A DNA stretch of 64,000 nt, from positions 33,071,197 to 33,135,196 of the forward strand of contig NC_081356.1 in the NCBI RefSeq assembly GCF_030684315.1, in the 5' to 3' direction. Of the stretch, positions 1-12,668 are shown piece after piece (position 1 is the first letter of the stretch; every line of letters starts with the position of its first letter). The notes beneath the pieces are model-generated. The model made no database searches and was not told where the DNA came from. It was given only the letters and a program-made list of their open reading frames with translations. Made by a program: the position numbers and the translations under genes. This DNA comes from Stegostoma tigrinum. Lineage: Eukaryota.

Positions 1-360
1 AACATCATTGATAAGGTGAAGACAAGATTTACCAGAATGGTAAATCAATGACTATAGACTGCAGTGATGTATAAAAGGTTCGAGAAACTAGTGATGCTCT
101 CCTTCAAGCAGAGAAGGTGAAAGGGATATTTGACAGCAACGTTCAAAAATCATGAAATATATGAAGTTAAATTGTGTCCAATAACAGGAGAATCAGGAAC
201 CGGGGGACACAGATTTAAGGTAACTGGCAGAAATGCCCAAGGCAACAGGAGGAAAATAAATTCACATGAAGTTATGATCTTGAATGCACTGCTGAAGGGG
301 CTGGTGGAAGCAGACTCAATAATAACCTTCAAAAGGGAACTGTATGAAAGTGTCGAGTAG
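1..360 (+). mobile_element. Degraded 3' fragment of a CR1-type LINE
   Basis: Decayed ORF2 C-terminus (ITGESGTGGHRFKV ... NALLKGLVEADSIITFKRELY) resembling the CR1 copy at 41671-42000. Confidence 0.7.
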
Positions 361-631
361 AATTTGCACACTATTACCATACTGCAGAAACAACGCCATT
401 GACATAAAGAAATAATTCCAAAATTCCTTGTTAGGATTGTCATCTAGAATTTTGAAAGAAGTTGATTTTGAATGCAAAATGTTGAAACAGAGCATTCAGC
501 AGAATGTGTTTATGATTTTAAGCAGTCAAATTTAATGGATGTTTGATCAATTAGATCATTAGATCAAAGCGGGAACTCCATGCTTATAGAAGCATGCCCT
601 GTCAGTCACGTTCAAAATGAATTCAGAAAGT

Positions 632-906
632 CCTTGACCTGTCCGTCTTCCCTGGACTGACCTATCCCCTCCCTACCTCCCCACCTACACTCTCTCCACC
701 TATCTTCTTTACTCTCCATCTTCGGTCCGCCTCCCCCTCTCTCCCTATTTATTCCAGTTCCCTCCCCCCATCCCCCTCTCTGATGAAGGGTCTAGGCCCG
801 AAACGTCAGCTTTTGTGCTCCTGAGATGCTGCTTGGCCTGCTGTGTTCATCCAGCCTCACATTTTATTATTTTGGAATCTCCAGCATCTGCAGTTCCCAT
901 TATCTC
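632..906 (+). mobile_element. Penelope-like element 3' end (pLTR/3'UTR fragment with tail)
   Basis: Near-identical to 61690-61965. Flanked by AGTCCTT at 629-635 and 907-913 (probable TSD, partly microhomology). Confidence 0.9.
780..807 (+). ncRNA. Minimal hammerhead-ribozyme-like core in Penelope 3' end
   Basis: CTGATGA-A-GGGTCTAGGCCC(stem II)-GAAAC-GTC. Matches the CUGANGA/GAAA/UH core with a loopless palindromic helix III, as described for PLE hammerheads. Confidence 0.65.
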
Positions 907-1157
907 AGTCCTTTTATACATGGACAATTCATTTCAAATATCTTACTTGCAAGGTGAATCACTGTTGCAACAAATGGCTGTGATTGACTGACAAATAATT
1001 TTACTAACTGTACACCAGACTCAAATTAACTTATCATGTCATGAAGAATTCAGCTATGCAGGGCCACTGGTGTCCATTGCTGTATGAGTTCTTTGGAATG
1101 CATTGAAGTTATGCCTGTGCTATAAATAGAGAATTCAAATTCACAAGGTTTTAAAGA

Positions 1158-1290
1158 TGTCAGCTGTGACTCTGTGGGTAGCACTCTCACCCCTGAATCT
1201 GGAGGTTGTAGATTTAAGTCTCGCGTGAGCACAAAAAGCACAAGTTGAAATTGCAGAGCTGCGCAGACAGAGGTTCCACATTTTAGGTTT
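1158..1290 (+). mobile_element. tRNA-headed SINE fragment (SacSINE1/DeuSINE-like)
   Basis: TGTCAGCTGTGACTCTGTGGGTAGCACTCTCACC...GGTTGTAGATTTAAGTC is a decayed A/B-box head. Related decayed pieces near 11640-11920, 15560-15950, 16635-17060, 34700-34900 and 52960-53100. Confidence 0.5.
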
Positions 1291-1379
1291 CTGCTTTCTG
1301 AAGTGAAATCTCAAGGATGTGATCCCTGCTTTGCAGCACAATATTTATTTTTCAATTATAAGTACAAAACAGCTTATTT

Positions 1380-1520
1380 GGTAGTTGGTTTAACCCAAGA
1401 CTCACCATGTCTCAAGTGAGGGGGAAGGTTGAGAATGAGCACCCTTCATAGTAACCTCAGCTGGAAACTAAACTCGTGCTGTTGGCATCACTCTGCATTG
1501 CAAACTGACCATCTGGCCAA
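1380..1520 (-). mobile_element. tRNA-derived SINE (family also at 38418-38623)
   Basis: Reverse complement of the 38418 copy (GTTGGCATCACTCTGCATTGCAAAC...CCAA). Its head is hit by the adjacent Penelope insertion. Confidence 0.6.
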
Positions 1521-2348
1521 GATAACAAAGTGTGGAGCTGGATGAACACAGCAGGCCAAGCAGCATCTCATGAGCACAAAAGCTGACATTTCGGTCCTAG
1601 ACCCTTCATCAGAGAGGGGGAGGGGGAGAGGGAACTGGAATAAATAGGGAGAGAGGGGCAGGTGGACCGAAGATGGAGAGAAAAGAAGATAGGTGGAGAG
1701 GAGAGTATAGGTGAGGAGGTAGGGATGGGAGAGGTCAGTCCAGGGAAGACGGACAGGTCAAGGAGGTGGGATGAGGTAGTAGGTAGGAAATGGAGGTGCG
1801 GCTTGAGGTGGGAGGAAGGGATGAGTGAGAGGAAGAACAGGTCAGGGAAGCGGAGACAGGCTGGGCTGGTTTTGGGATGCAGTGGGGGGAGGGGACGAGC
1901 TGGGCTGATTTTGGGATGGAGTGGGGGAAGGGGAGATTTTGAAGCGTGTGAAGACCACATTGATACCATTGGGCTGCAGGGTTCCCAAGCGGAATATGAG
2001 TTGCTGTTCCTGCAACCTTCGGGTGGCATCATTGTGGCACTGCAGGAGGCCCATGATGGACATGTCGTCTGAGGAATGGGAGGGGGAGTTAAAATGGTTC
2101 GTGACTGGGAGGTGCAGTTGTTTATTGCGCACCGAGCGGAGGAGTTCTGCAAAGCGGTCCCCAAGCCTCTGCTTGGTTTCCCCAATGTAGAGGAAGCCAC
2201 ACCAGGTACAATGGATAGAATATACCACATTGGCAGATGTGCAGGTGAACATCTGCTTAATATGGAAAGTCATCTTAGGGCCTGGGATAGGGGTGAGGGA
2301 GGAGGTGTGGGAACAAGTGTAGCACTTCCTGCGGTTGTAGGGGAAAGT
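1518..2348 (-). mobile_element. 5'-truncated Penelope-like element (GIY-YIG endonuclease + 3' end)
   Basis: ORF 1842-2273 (VVYSIHCTWCGFLYIGETKQRLGDRFAE) is a GIY-YIG domain, highly similar to 61140-61613. GCCAA occurs at 1516-1520 and 2349-2353. The element stops at CAAGATAA with no tail. Confidence 0.93.
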
Positions 2349-5039
2349 GCCAATTTACTTTATTACAACAGTGACACTTAAAGTGCGTTATTGGCTTCAA
2401 AATCCTGTCCCAGCATTAGAAAACTGTGATATAACGTCAAGTTTCAATTTATAGTTTTGCTGGTTGTCATTCCCTTCAAATTCAATGTTCAAGTCTCTGT
2501 TAACTTATTTCTTGTTACGCAATGATTTTCATAGCTACATATAAAAGGGAAGTTAGATTAACACATGAAAAGAAAGGAATGGTAAGATATTTTGATAATG
2601 GTGAGTTGTCATGAGGAATAAGGAGGCTTGCGTGAAGCATAAACACTACCATGGACCTGCTGGGTTGTAGGCCATTTCTGTATTCTAAATGTTACGCATT
2701 TCTCAGTAAAATGAAAACAAACTCTGATCAGCAAACTCTTATGAATTGTAAATAAATTGTTTGCCACATTTTCCACAGAGAGAGATTTCACCTGATAAGC
2801 TTTGTTATACACCCCCACCGAGTTAATGCTAGATTTTATCAGTACCAGGAAAGTAGTTTAGTTAATACATTGCTATTTCATCTCCTTTACTCTGAATTGC
2901 AAACAGAATTTAAAATGAGTACTCAAGATTATTCAGGATTGCAGTAAGCATGGTGATAAAGTAGTTGGCTTCTTTTCATTGCGACTCGCAGGTAGTTTCA
3001 TAGCAACTCTTAAGGTGTTAAAATATACTGTTACTTAACTGTTGGTAAAGCTATCCTTGAACACTTGATAACTTATCTTCAGAGGAAATACTTTAAAAAA
3101 AACAGACATCACAGATTCTGTTCATGCACCAGCTACAGTAGATAAATGACTTAAGCATATATCCATTGTATCATATTTTACTGTTGCAGAAACTCCCTGC
3201 TGAACCATTTAGCAGTATTACATCTCACTATGAGCAGGCAGACTCCAATACTTTCTCATTATTTCACATTTATATTAGATTAAATGTAATAGGCTAGATA
3301 TTATAGAATTTGTGCTGATCTGCAATGCTTCAAACATAGGAATATGAGTAGGCCATTAGCCTTTGGGACCTGTTCTTTCATTCAGTTAGATCACTGATTT
3401 GTATCTTAACTGCATCCTCCAATCTTGTGTCGGTAACCCTTAATTCCTTTGTATAACACAAATGTATCAAATCTGTCAATCACCATTTTGGTAATTTCCA
3501 TTGATTTACCAGCCTTAACAGCTTTTAGGATGCCCACTGCACTGTGTAGATGAATGTTTCCTGATATTCCTTGAACAGCCTGGGTATAATTTTTCAGGTT
3601 CTGCCCTGGTCTCCTAAACACCCAACCTCCTCACACAGATGAGTATTTCTTTATCAACTTGATGAATGTGATGTGACACCCCTCTGTGGCTGTCATTTTG
3701 AGACTAGAACCCAGAACTTCTGGCTCAGGGATTACCATTGCACCCACAAGATCCTAATGAGACAGCATGAGAGTCTTTAACAATGCATCAATATGCATAA
3801 AATATGTACGGAGAGGGTGACACAGTGGTCTTGTCACTCCTGTGGGTCCACAGTTTCAAATCCCACCACAACAGTTGAAAGTTAAATACATTTTAATACT
3901 GGAAATGAGAGATAGTTTTACATATGCCTTACTGAGACTATCATTTGCTTACTTGTGTACTTTCAGAAGGAGCTCTGTCTTTACCTGGTCTAACCTACAT
4001 GTGGCTACAAATACACAACGTGATTAACACTTAACTGCCTCTGAAATGGCCTAGCAGTGCAATCAGTTCAAGGGCAATTAGGTTTGGGCAAATTTGCACT
4101 TTTTAATGCAGGTCTTTCTCCATGTGGCTTGATGTCATTTTTGTTTATAATGCTCCTGTGTAATGCCTTAGAATTTTTTAATACACCAAAAGAGTTAGAT
4201 AAATATTAAGTTTTGTAAAAGAATAACAACAATAACAAATGAATGGGAAACATCTCCCCTCCAAATTACTCAAACATATATTGTTATCTTTATTAATTGT
4301 CTCTGGACAAACTCCTGGAACTCCTGCAACAGGAACAGCCTCACCACATGTAGCATATCGTTTCAAGATGACAGTCCAGTGCCTCCACCTCTCGGACACT
4401 GGGGATGCATACTGGCATTGATAAGTGTACAATAAGACTGGGTTACAAAAGCACTCTTGCCAGCTATTCTGCTCACTTTAGCAGAGAAGAACTACACCCA
4501 TTTGCATATATAAAAGACATTGTTAAGACAAATCAGGAAAAATGATTGTCTGATCCAGAATGCTGCTAATAAACAAAATGTGCAATTATTACTGTCCACA
4601 CAAATGAAGGATTTCTGCTTCAAAGGAACATTTCTATTGAATGAAGAATCTATAGCAGGATCACCAAAATCAGAAAAAATAATCTATTGTGTTACCAAAT
4701 AAATGAAGGCATATGAATAAAGGAGAACAGGGGTTACTACAGCAAGACTAGTTTTATTGTCTCGTCTTTATAACTACTGAGGCCATTAAATTGTATTCTC
4801 TCCTACGTGGGATTGATGTGCAGATTTTACCAGAAATAAATGTTTGCTTAATTTGACACTGGTAACAAAGGTCTTTTCATAGCAGGAACACTGAAAATGA
4901 CTTTTCATCTTAAGTGACCTGGGGTTTTAGTCATGAATATTTTAATTTTCTGGCTGTCACACCAACAAACTAAATAGCTTTTGCCAGAAAGACTGCCATC
5001 TGTGCAACATAGTGCTGCTAACATATCTTTGAGCCCTTT

Positions 5040-5600
5040 CAGAATTTTTGTCATATAGCAGGGCAGCATGCAGATGAGAAAGAGAAAGGGGTCAAGGATC
5101 AATTTTCGAAGGACACCTAAGGTAATGGTGCAAGGGTACGAGAGAAGCCATTGAAAATAAGCTGTAGTTATGAGATAGACAAGTCGGAATCAATTTAGAG
5201 TAGTTCTGCCCAACTGGACTACAGCGAAGGGATGTTGGAAGAAGACAGTGGCGTGCAATTTTATGTCAAAAGGCTACAGGCCGAGAGAAAAGCATGAGAA
5301 GGGAAAATTCAAGTCCGTCAATGTCACGTAGCATGTATATTAAGACTTTAGTAAGAGCTGTTTCAGTACTGTGCTGCTGAGGCAGAAGCCTGGTTGGAAG
5401 TATTCTCATATGGGCATAGATTTGGGAGACAAAGACTTTGGAGAGGGAAAGATAGGTGTGGAAATGATACTGCACTGAAAGGAGGCACGTTGTTTTTCAG
5501 ATAAAGGATGATGGAAATTTTGAAGGACAAAGAGACAATACCAAAGGAATTGGAACACTTAACATGTTAGCTAACATGAGAGAGAAGAGGAGAAAGCTGA
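5040..5600 (-). mobile_element. Decayed L2-type LINE RT fragment (may extend to ~7400)
   Basis: Minus-strand HSTETALTKV...FSLLML and ILDPFLFLICMLP resemble the L2 RT motifs HSTETALxKV and GSILGPLLFLIYMLP. Confidence 0.7.
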
Positions 5601-6317
5601 GCAATAAAGAATTTAATTAGTTTTGTGTTAAGGTAAATGGGCATGAGTCTCATGTTCTCTCCGAGCTCATCTTGTCCATAAGAGGAAATAGAAAAAAACT
5701 AGAAAATGATTCTCGGACAGGATTCTTTAAAGAGAGGTTCAGAGAGGATGTTTGATCAAGTGAGCAAATGGAATGAAAATAATGAAAATCATATGTCACT
5801 AATAATTTTTCAAGGGCAAGTGATGGGAGATATAGTCGAAAAGGAAACTTCATTTAGGGGATCACACATCAGCCAGATTTCCATCAAGGCCATTATGTCA
5901 GTACAATCAATCATTCATAATAAGCTTTGTTCACAAAATGAACAAATGCTCACAAGATACATAAAGCGATGTGACAGCAGACTGCGCAGGGTCAGCGAAG
6001 GGCCAGTTGGGTGGGAGAGGGATCTACAGGATTACTCCCCAGTGGACAACAGCAGCAAGGAAGGCCAGGCAGAGTGGGGTCAATTGCTTATTGTGAGGAG
6101 ACAGCAATGAGCCCATCAGTGGCCCCTTTGGAAGCAAGGATGGAAGCTGCTGGCCTTTCTGGATGAGAGTCAAAATCGGGAGCATCATGAAATGAAGAAA
6201 GTCAAAGTGTACTGAAAGGAATTTGAGAGTAGAGCATCTGAGAGAAGAGCAAGGAGGCATCATAACAGGGGACGGTGACAATTAAAACATGCTGGCAAAT
6301 GGAAATGCAAGTTTTGT

Positions 6318-6672
6318 TTTATTCATTAATAGGATGTGGGCGTCACTGGCTAGGCCTGTATTTGTTGCCCATCCCTACTTGTTCAGAGAGCAGTTAAGAG
6401 TCAATCATGTTGCTATGGGTCTGGAGTCGTATGTAGCCCAGACCAGGTAAGAATGGCAGTTTTCTTCGCTAAAGGACATTAGTGAACCAGATAGGATTTT
6501 CCAACAATCAACAATGGATTCATGGTCACTGTTAGACACTTAATTCCTGTTTCTTTTCATCAAATTCAAATTCCACTATTTGCCATGGTGGATTTGAATC
6601 CAGTTCCCCAGAACATGAGTTGAGTTTCTGGAGTATTGGTCTATTGATAATAGCACTAAGCCATTGCCTCCC
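6318..6672 (-). mobile_element. tRNA-derived SINE with LINE-derived 3' tail
   Basis: Minus-strand head GGGAGGCAATGGCTTAGTG...GGATTCAAATCC. The tail (GGATGTGGGCGTCACTGGC...TTGCCCATCCCTA) is shared with the LINE end at ~31665. Related copies near 3825-4095, 22460-22740 and 46150-46400. Confidence 0.7.
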
Positions 6673-7799
6673 CAAAGTTATGTAACCTGGGTTATGCAGC
6701 AGTTATTAAGATGTGTGAAAACATGATAATTATCAGGTAAATGAGAAAATAATGAGGAAATCCAGAGTTAAAACTAGAGATTGTATGACAGGGTAAAAAA
6801 AGGTGGCCGTGAGGGTGAAGTCAACATGGAGTGTCTATAAATAATTGCCCACATTCAGAGACAGATGTGGTGGGTGAGTGAGGTCCTGAAGATATTTGAA
6901 AGTAGAATATCGGAACATCAAATGATTAAAAAAAAATGTTTCCAAGGGAGTATAGCGTCTGCAAGATGTAGAGAATTGGTGGTAGATGCAAATAAAAAAA
7001 TGCAAGTTGGAGCTAAGGTCCTGCATCAACATAAGAAATTACTCCAGCCCAGGTACACGAAACTGATCAAGAACCAGATGGTAGCTAAAAATTTTCAGAA
7101 CAAGAAATAAAAAGCAGGACACTCACGGTCTTAATAAGAAATAACAGTATTGTGGTGGCTTTAAGCTGATTAAAGTTACCACAAAAATTAAAGGAACAGA
7201 CCAGCAGATCAGACATGTAATAGCTTATACTGCAATCCAGAGTAGTTCAGTACAGAAATGTAGTCTTGATGTCCAGAGGCATTCAGGAATTTGGAAGACG
7301 AGTTTGAGGAAGAGTTTTGTGCTCACTGAGGAAGCTTAGAGCAGTTATGGTTGGGGGATTCAGCAGAGATAGTTTAAACCAATAGTTAACTTATAATTAG
7401 AACTGAAATGAGCCCACTATTTGAGCCAGGACTGATATAACAGGAAATTAAAAGGGAGAGGACTAAGCGAGGCAATGGATGACCAATAATTGAGATGCAT
7501 AGTGAGCAGCAAGCTACAAAGTTGACAGCTTAGGACCTCATTCTGATTCATGGCAACAAAGTTATACCCACATCACCTGGTGAGAGAACGCCTCGAACAG
7601 ATAACAACAACCCCTTTTCTCAAAGATTTTTTTAAAATCCCAAACAGATGTGCATTGTTGCACACAAGTATGTGTCATCAATTGATTAATTGTAAAAAGG
7701 GGTAAAACAAAATTTACAACACTAACAGTTCAAAATTGAAAGTAATGATTGAGGTTCAACAGTTTATCCTGGCTGGTGATTGAATGTATTTCTGGAGAA

Positions 7800-10700
7800 G
7801 TATATGTTGTTTCTGCTGCACTCAATTAACAACTTAGTTGTCTTGCTGCTGGCTATTGTCACATATGGATTGGAATGTTCTTCCTCAATATGTACATGTC
7901 ATTCTTGATCTGAGCTCATTTCCCTTCCTTTACAATGTCACAATACTGACTTTGTGTGATCTGAGCATGTTGCATATTCTAGAAACCTTGCAGGTTTCCA
8001 AATATTTGTCTTTATACTTCTCATTCACACTCTTTGCTCAGTGCAGTTATGTGCTCATTATTTCTTTCATTTTCCTGTTTTACAAAAAAGAATGTCTTGT
8101 GTTTCAGAGTGATTAAAGCAGTTGCTTAGTAGTTGCACCCCACATTTGCCTTCCAATTATTATGGGTACTGGGTATTGTAATATCTTCCCTATTGCAACA
8201 AGCCAGTGTAAAAATCTTGCTTTGTTGCTCAACACCCAATAACGAATCAATCATTTTTAAGTACATACGTTCCACTAGACCATGTGAACATAGATAGTAG
8301 CATGATGTAATAGGATCACTCCTCAGCTAACTCCTGCAATGTATTGGTTTGTGCACTACAGTCCATTTTCAAACACTATCCATTCTGGAATACTGAATAA
8401 ACTGGAGAAAGTACTCAGCCTGTCAGTGACAGCCACACTTGTTATGCTGCTATGTCGAGCAATAGGAAACACTGGGGAGTAATCCGTCAGGAGGATGTAG
8501 TCTTCCCTATCCCCTGTAATTATGTTTTCTTTTTGTCTGTGGTATGGATAAAATATGTGGTTGCAGAAACTCCTTACATTGCTGGGGTTGATACATTTGG
8601 AATGCCTCACATGTATTCAGAAGTTGTTGAATATTCTGATTCGTCCCTTGTCAGAACACAGATTAATGTACTAGTCACCTTATACGTTCAATACCCGTAT
8701 ATCCCCTGTCATAACAGATGGGATATCTTGGCATATTGCTTTTGATATCAGGGCATGTTTGCCCTTGAAAATGACTTGCTGTGATACACCAATTTCATTC
8801 AGATATTTAAATTCATTTTTATAAGGCCAAAATAAACCAATGTTCTTCAGTCCAGGCCATCCCTGCACGATGATTTCTTGCAACTCTGGTTGTCGTTGCA
8901 ATTGACAACTGCTGAAGGTGAACAACTGTGGACATTGGCTGTGGCCACAGAATAACAAATTAAACTTGAGAACATCTCCCACTTCATTGTCAAAAACACC
9001 AAATACGTAGAACAAGAGAAATATCTTATTCTGTGTGGGTTGGGTAATTTGCTGAGGGTTAGACATAACCATCCTGGTATCTAGCTTATGTCGAACTTCA
9101 AAGTCAAATCCTTTTGAAAATGTCGACTGATTCAATTGCATCAAGTGGCTTGTTCCAGTATAGAGGATATCATTTGTAACTCATCAATTCTAACTACGCA
9201 GTGGTCTCTGTGTATTTGTAATGTTGCCACATTAGCATTAGTGTCTGCCAAGTGGAAGATTTCAGGAATCTGAAATGATCTGGCATATTGGCACTGCAGC
9301 ACATTTCTGCTAATGCAAAGAGCAGGTACTGAGACACACTTTCACAGGCTGTACTACGGAACACCATTTGCTAAAGTATGTCTCTTTCATGATGTGTCAT
9401 TGGCACCAGCTCCTGGATCAATTTTATCTTTCAGTGTGCACTGTCCTTCGTTTTCAGAGTATATACCCGTTATTGCCAATCAAAGCTTCTGATCACTTAT
9501 ACAATCAACGTGGTCTGAGAGGTTAGCATAATGGAAAGCTTGGTAATCTTCTGAAATTTGCTTTTTACTTGGTTAGCTGTGAACCTCTGTTTGTATTCCT
9601 GTACCTTCTTAGCACTTCCCGTTCGGTCAGTGTGTGACTTTGTATTGTGTTGTTGATCACCTTTATTTTGTTCTGGATTGGGTTTGGGAAACAGATTTCC
9701 TGAATGTGAATGCCCAGTGTCTGTTGGCGCCACGTACTTTACAGGTATCAAGAAACTCTGAACAGCTGCAGGCCGAGTGCAACAAACCTATAGATTTTGT
9801 TGGTTTGGTATGCCTAGTTGAACCTTGCAATGGTGTTGGTTGCATCTGAATCTGTTAACATTGTTGCCCTACTGCTATTGCTTCAAAGTTGTGTCGATCC
9901 TCCAGTAATGTGTCAATGATATGACCCCTTTTCTTGACCTAAGAATCCTTTCTAAAGGTTTTAATTGGTGTACAAGTGATGACTAATTCAATGAGCCTCT
10001 CTGGCATTCATGTCCTTTGCTACAATGTCTTCTGACAAACTGGTCAATACACTCTTGGGGTTTCTGTCTGTAGAACATGACGTGGACCCTGTTAGTTATG
10101 AAGTTAATTCTTACTTTGAGCTGATCATTGCAAACCTTCCAGATGCCTGGATGATCAGAAAGATCCAGGAAGCAAGGCCAGATGTATTAATTCTGCAAAG
10201 CCTGAATTGCTGATGGAAAGCAAGTTTTTAGAACTCTTATCATGGGTCTATCATTTGATCTGTAAAATATAACTGCATACATTGTTTAAACACTGGGGAG
10301 TAATCCGTCAGGAGGACGTAGTCTTCCCTATCCCCTGTAATTATGTTTTCTTTCTGTCTGCATTTAAACAGTTGTCATTCAGTAAGCATTCCCAGTCCAT
10401 AATGAAGTTTCTACTTGACTTTGCATTAAAAAGAATGCATTGCCACCTTAAGCTGTGAATCCCTGAATCTGCCAGTGCAAATGAAAAATTTTGCTTCCTT
10501 TATAACAAGGATTGAAGTAATAATCTCTCAAAAGCACTTTATGTATCGATTGTCAGAAACAGAGAATGTCCAGCTTTCCGTACTGCACCACACTAGCATA
10601 GTATCCAGCTCATGACTGCGCTCCAGCTTTTTTTTTGAAAGTAAGGGATTTTAAAAATATATTTTACCTTCAAAGAACTTATATCCTAATCATTAAAAAA

Positions 10701-11200
10701 AGCTGGTTTCTTCATGGCCCGTGCCCTAGCTCCAGGTCTGCAAAAGGTGTAGAGCTGGATGAACACAGCAGGCCCTGCAGCATCAGAGGAGCAGGAAAGC
10801 TGATGTTTCAGGCTTGGACCTTTCTTCAGAAAAAAAAATTTTGCTTCCTTGATAACAAGGATTTAAGTAATAATCTCTCAAAAGCACTTTATGTATCGAT
10901 TGTCAGAAACAGAGAATGTCCAGCTTGCTGTACTGCACAGCACTAGCTCTGAACACAGCTCTGAAACAGTTCCTGCTATCTCCAGGTCTGTACAGCTGTC
11001 CGTACTCGAGGGATCTCTTGCTGCTTAAAGGTGCGAAACTCTTTGTTTAAAATCATTGTTGTCAGGTTCATCATCAGTTGGTTTTCTGAACATCTGCCAA
11101 GATAGTGGAAAACCACCACCACGGCCACAATTGAGAGTTTGTCTCCAGTGGCTGTTTTATTTGATGCTGCGATGGTAGTTATGTCCTGAAACATAAACTG
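7800..11200 (-). mobile_element. Highly decayed Gypsy/Ty3 LTR retrotransposon internal region
   Basis: Minus-strand remnants in gag-PR-IN order: gag FYRQKPQECIDQFV (~10030-10080), degenerate Zn knuckle CKVRGANRHW (~9710-9750), protease KIDPGAGAN (~9400-9430), ELQEIIVQGWP, and integrase DYILLTDYS..FP / LFSIPEWIVFENG / ITSCYYLCSHGLVER (~8260-8500). LTRs not confidently found; right boundary uncertain. Confidence 0.8.
10745..10831 (-). mobile_element. Short Penelope 3'-end fragment
   Basis: GGTGTAGAGCTGGATGAACACAGCAGGCC...CTTTCTTCAGAAA matches the family 3' end. Confidence 0.8.
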
Positions 11201-12668
11201 GGTGAGGAGAACATGATATTGAAGGATTCAACCGACATTTGTTATAACTAACTATTTATATAGAAACATTACATTCTTCAGCCACATAAGTACCAGGACT
11301 AACATTAAGCTATTAGGTTACAAAAGAGCATCATGCCTCAAGTGATCAAAGGTAAAATGGCAATGAGACACATATCCTCAGGTCACATACAGTGATGATA
11401 TCAAAAGCATATCTCTTAAAAGGTGAACTGACGTTAAACATGATGATACTACCCCTCCCTGGGCAAATTCCTATCTCCAAGTATGGGATATGCTCATTCA
11501 CTATCTGTTCCAGCACCCCACACTAGCTGTGTTGGCGTGTGTATGCCGTGTGTATGTGAACTAGCAACTGATGCAGACTGCAGGACTAATCCACCTTGCA
11601 AAGGCTAAAAGTGTACATTTATATATACAGACAACCTCAGGTATCTTAAAATGCCTTGCAACAAACAAACACTCAATGTGGTTGCTGTTGCGACATAGAA
11701 ATTCAGTAACCACGCACAGAATCCCACAAACAACAATGAGACTTGTTTAGAGAGAGATGTTGGTTGAAAGATAACTATTGGTCAGGAAACTAGGGAGAAC
11801 TCTCTGCTCTTGTTTGAACTATTTCATAGGACAATTTACATTGGGCTGAGGGGAAAGATTCAGTTCTAGATCTAGGTATTTCTGACTCCCAACAGTATCA
11901 TACTGAACTGTCAGTCCTATTTGTGAGCCAGATTTTGCTGAGTGATGGGGTTGGTTGATGGCAAACCGTCTACATTTATTGTCATGAGTTCTTCGAAATG
12001 GACCTTAACTTCAGGAGGTCAAATGTGCCTAGATTAGCATAAAAATCCTGAAGTTGGGATCTGTTGCTCAGGGTGAGCATCCTTCAGAACCAATCATTAA
12101 AATTAGCACAAACCTCAACTGCTTGTGCCCTCACAACACTTAGCAATCTTTTAAAAACGTTACTCTTTTATTCAATCAGGAATACCTGGTTTCTAACAAC
12201 ACTTTTAAAATTACTCACATCCAACAAGTCATCGCTGGCTGGACCAGCATTTATTCTATTCTAACTGGCATTGAGAAGGTGGTAGTGAGCCGCTTTCTTG
12301 AACCGCTGCAGTGCATGTGCTGTAGGTACAGCCACAATGCCATTTGGGAGGGAATTCTGGCATTTTGACATGGTACTGAAGGAGTGGAGATATGTTTCCA
12401 AGTCAGGATGGGGAATGTGAAATTACATGTGATTAATAGAATCTAATATCTAACAAACAGAAAATCAAATTCTAAAAAAAAAATCTTACATGAGGCTTGT
12501 TATTAAAGTCTATGTTATGATTATTTGGTTTTTAAAAATTGATTGCGTAAGTTTACTTAAAAATCTTTCATGATATTTCAACTTTTAGCATCACTTCATG
12601 TGTATGCACCAAACTTTAATAATATCCTTGCAGCAAAAACAGAGAGAGAAAAGCGGTTGTGCACTTCT

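Noticed and set aside
542-568. Short imperfect palindrome TTTGATC...GATCAAA
   Set aside because: Short, AT-rich and isolated; expected by chance or slippage.
974-991. ATG GCT GTG (MAV) resembling the PLPPR1 start
   Set aside because: Stop after five codons and no CFIFVE-like sequence or donor site. The first coding exon was not found in the window and is presumably upstream.
1568-2230. 220-aa and other overlapping ORFs in Penelope, CR1 and SINE copies (also 41394-41966, 58103-61594)
   Set aside because: Alternative-frame or antisense ORFs of strand-biased repeats, with no independent protein features.
11213-11450. 5' LTR of the Gypsy relic
   Set aside because: Position is plausible, but no matching second LTR, primer-binding site or TSD could be identified.
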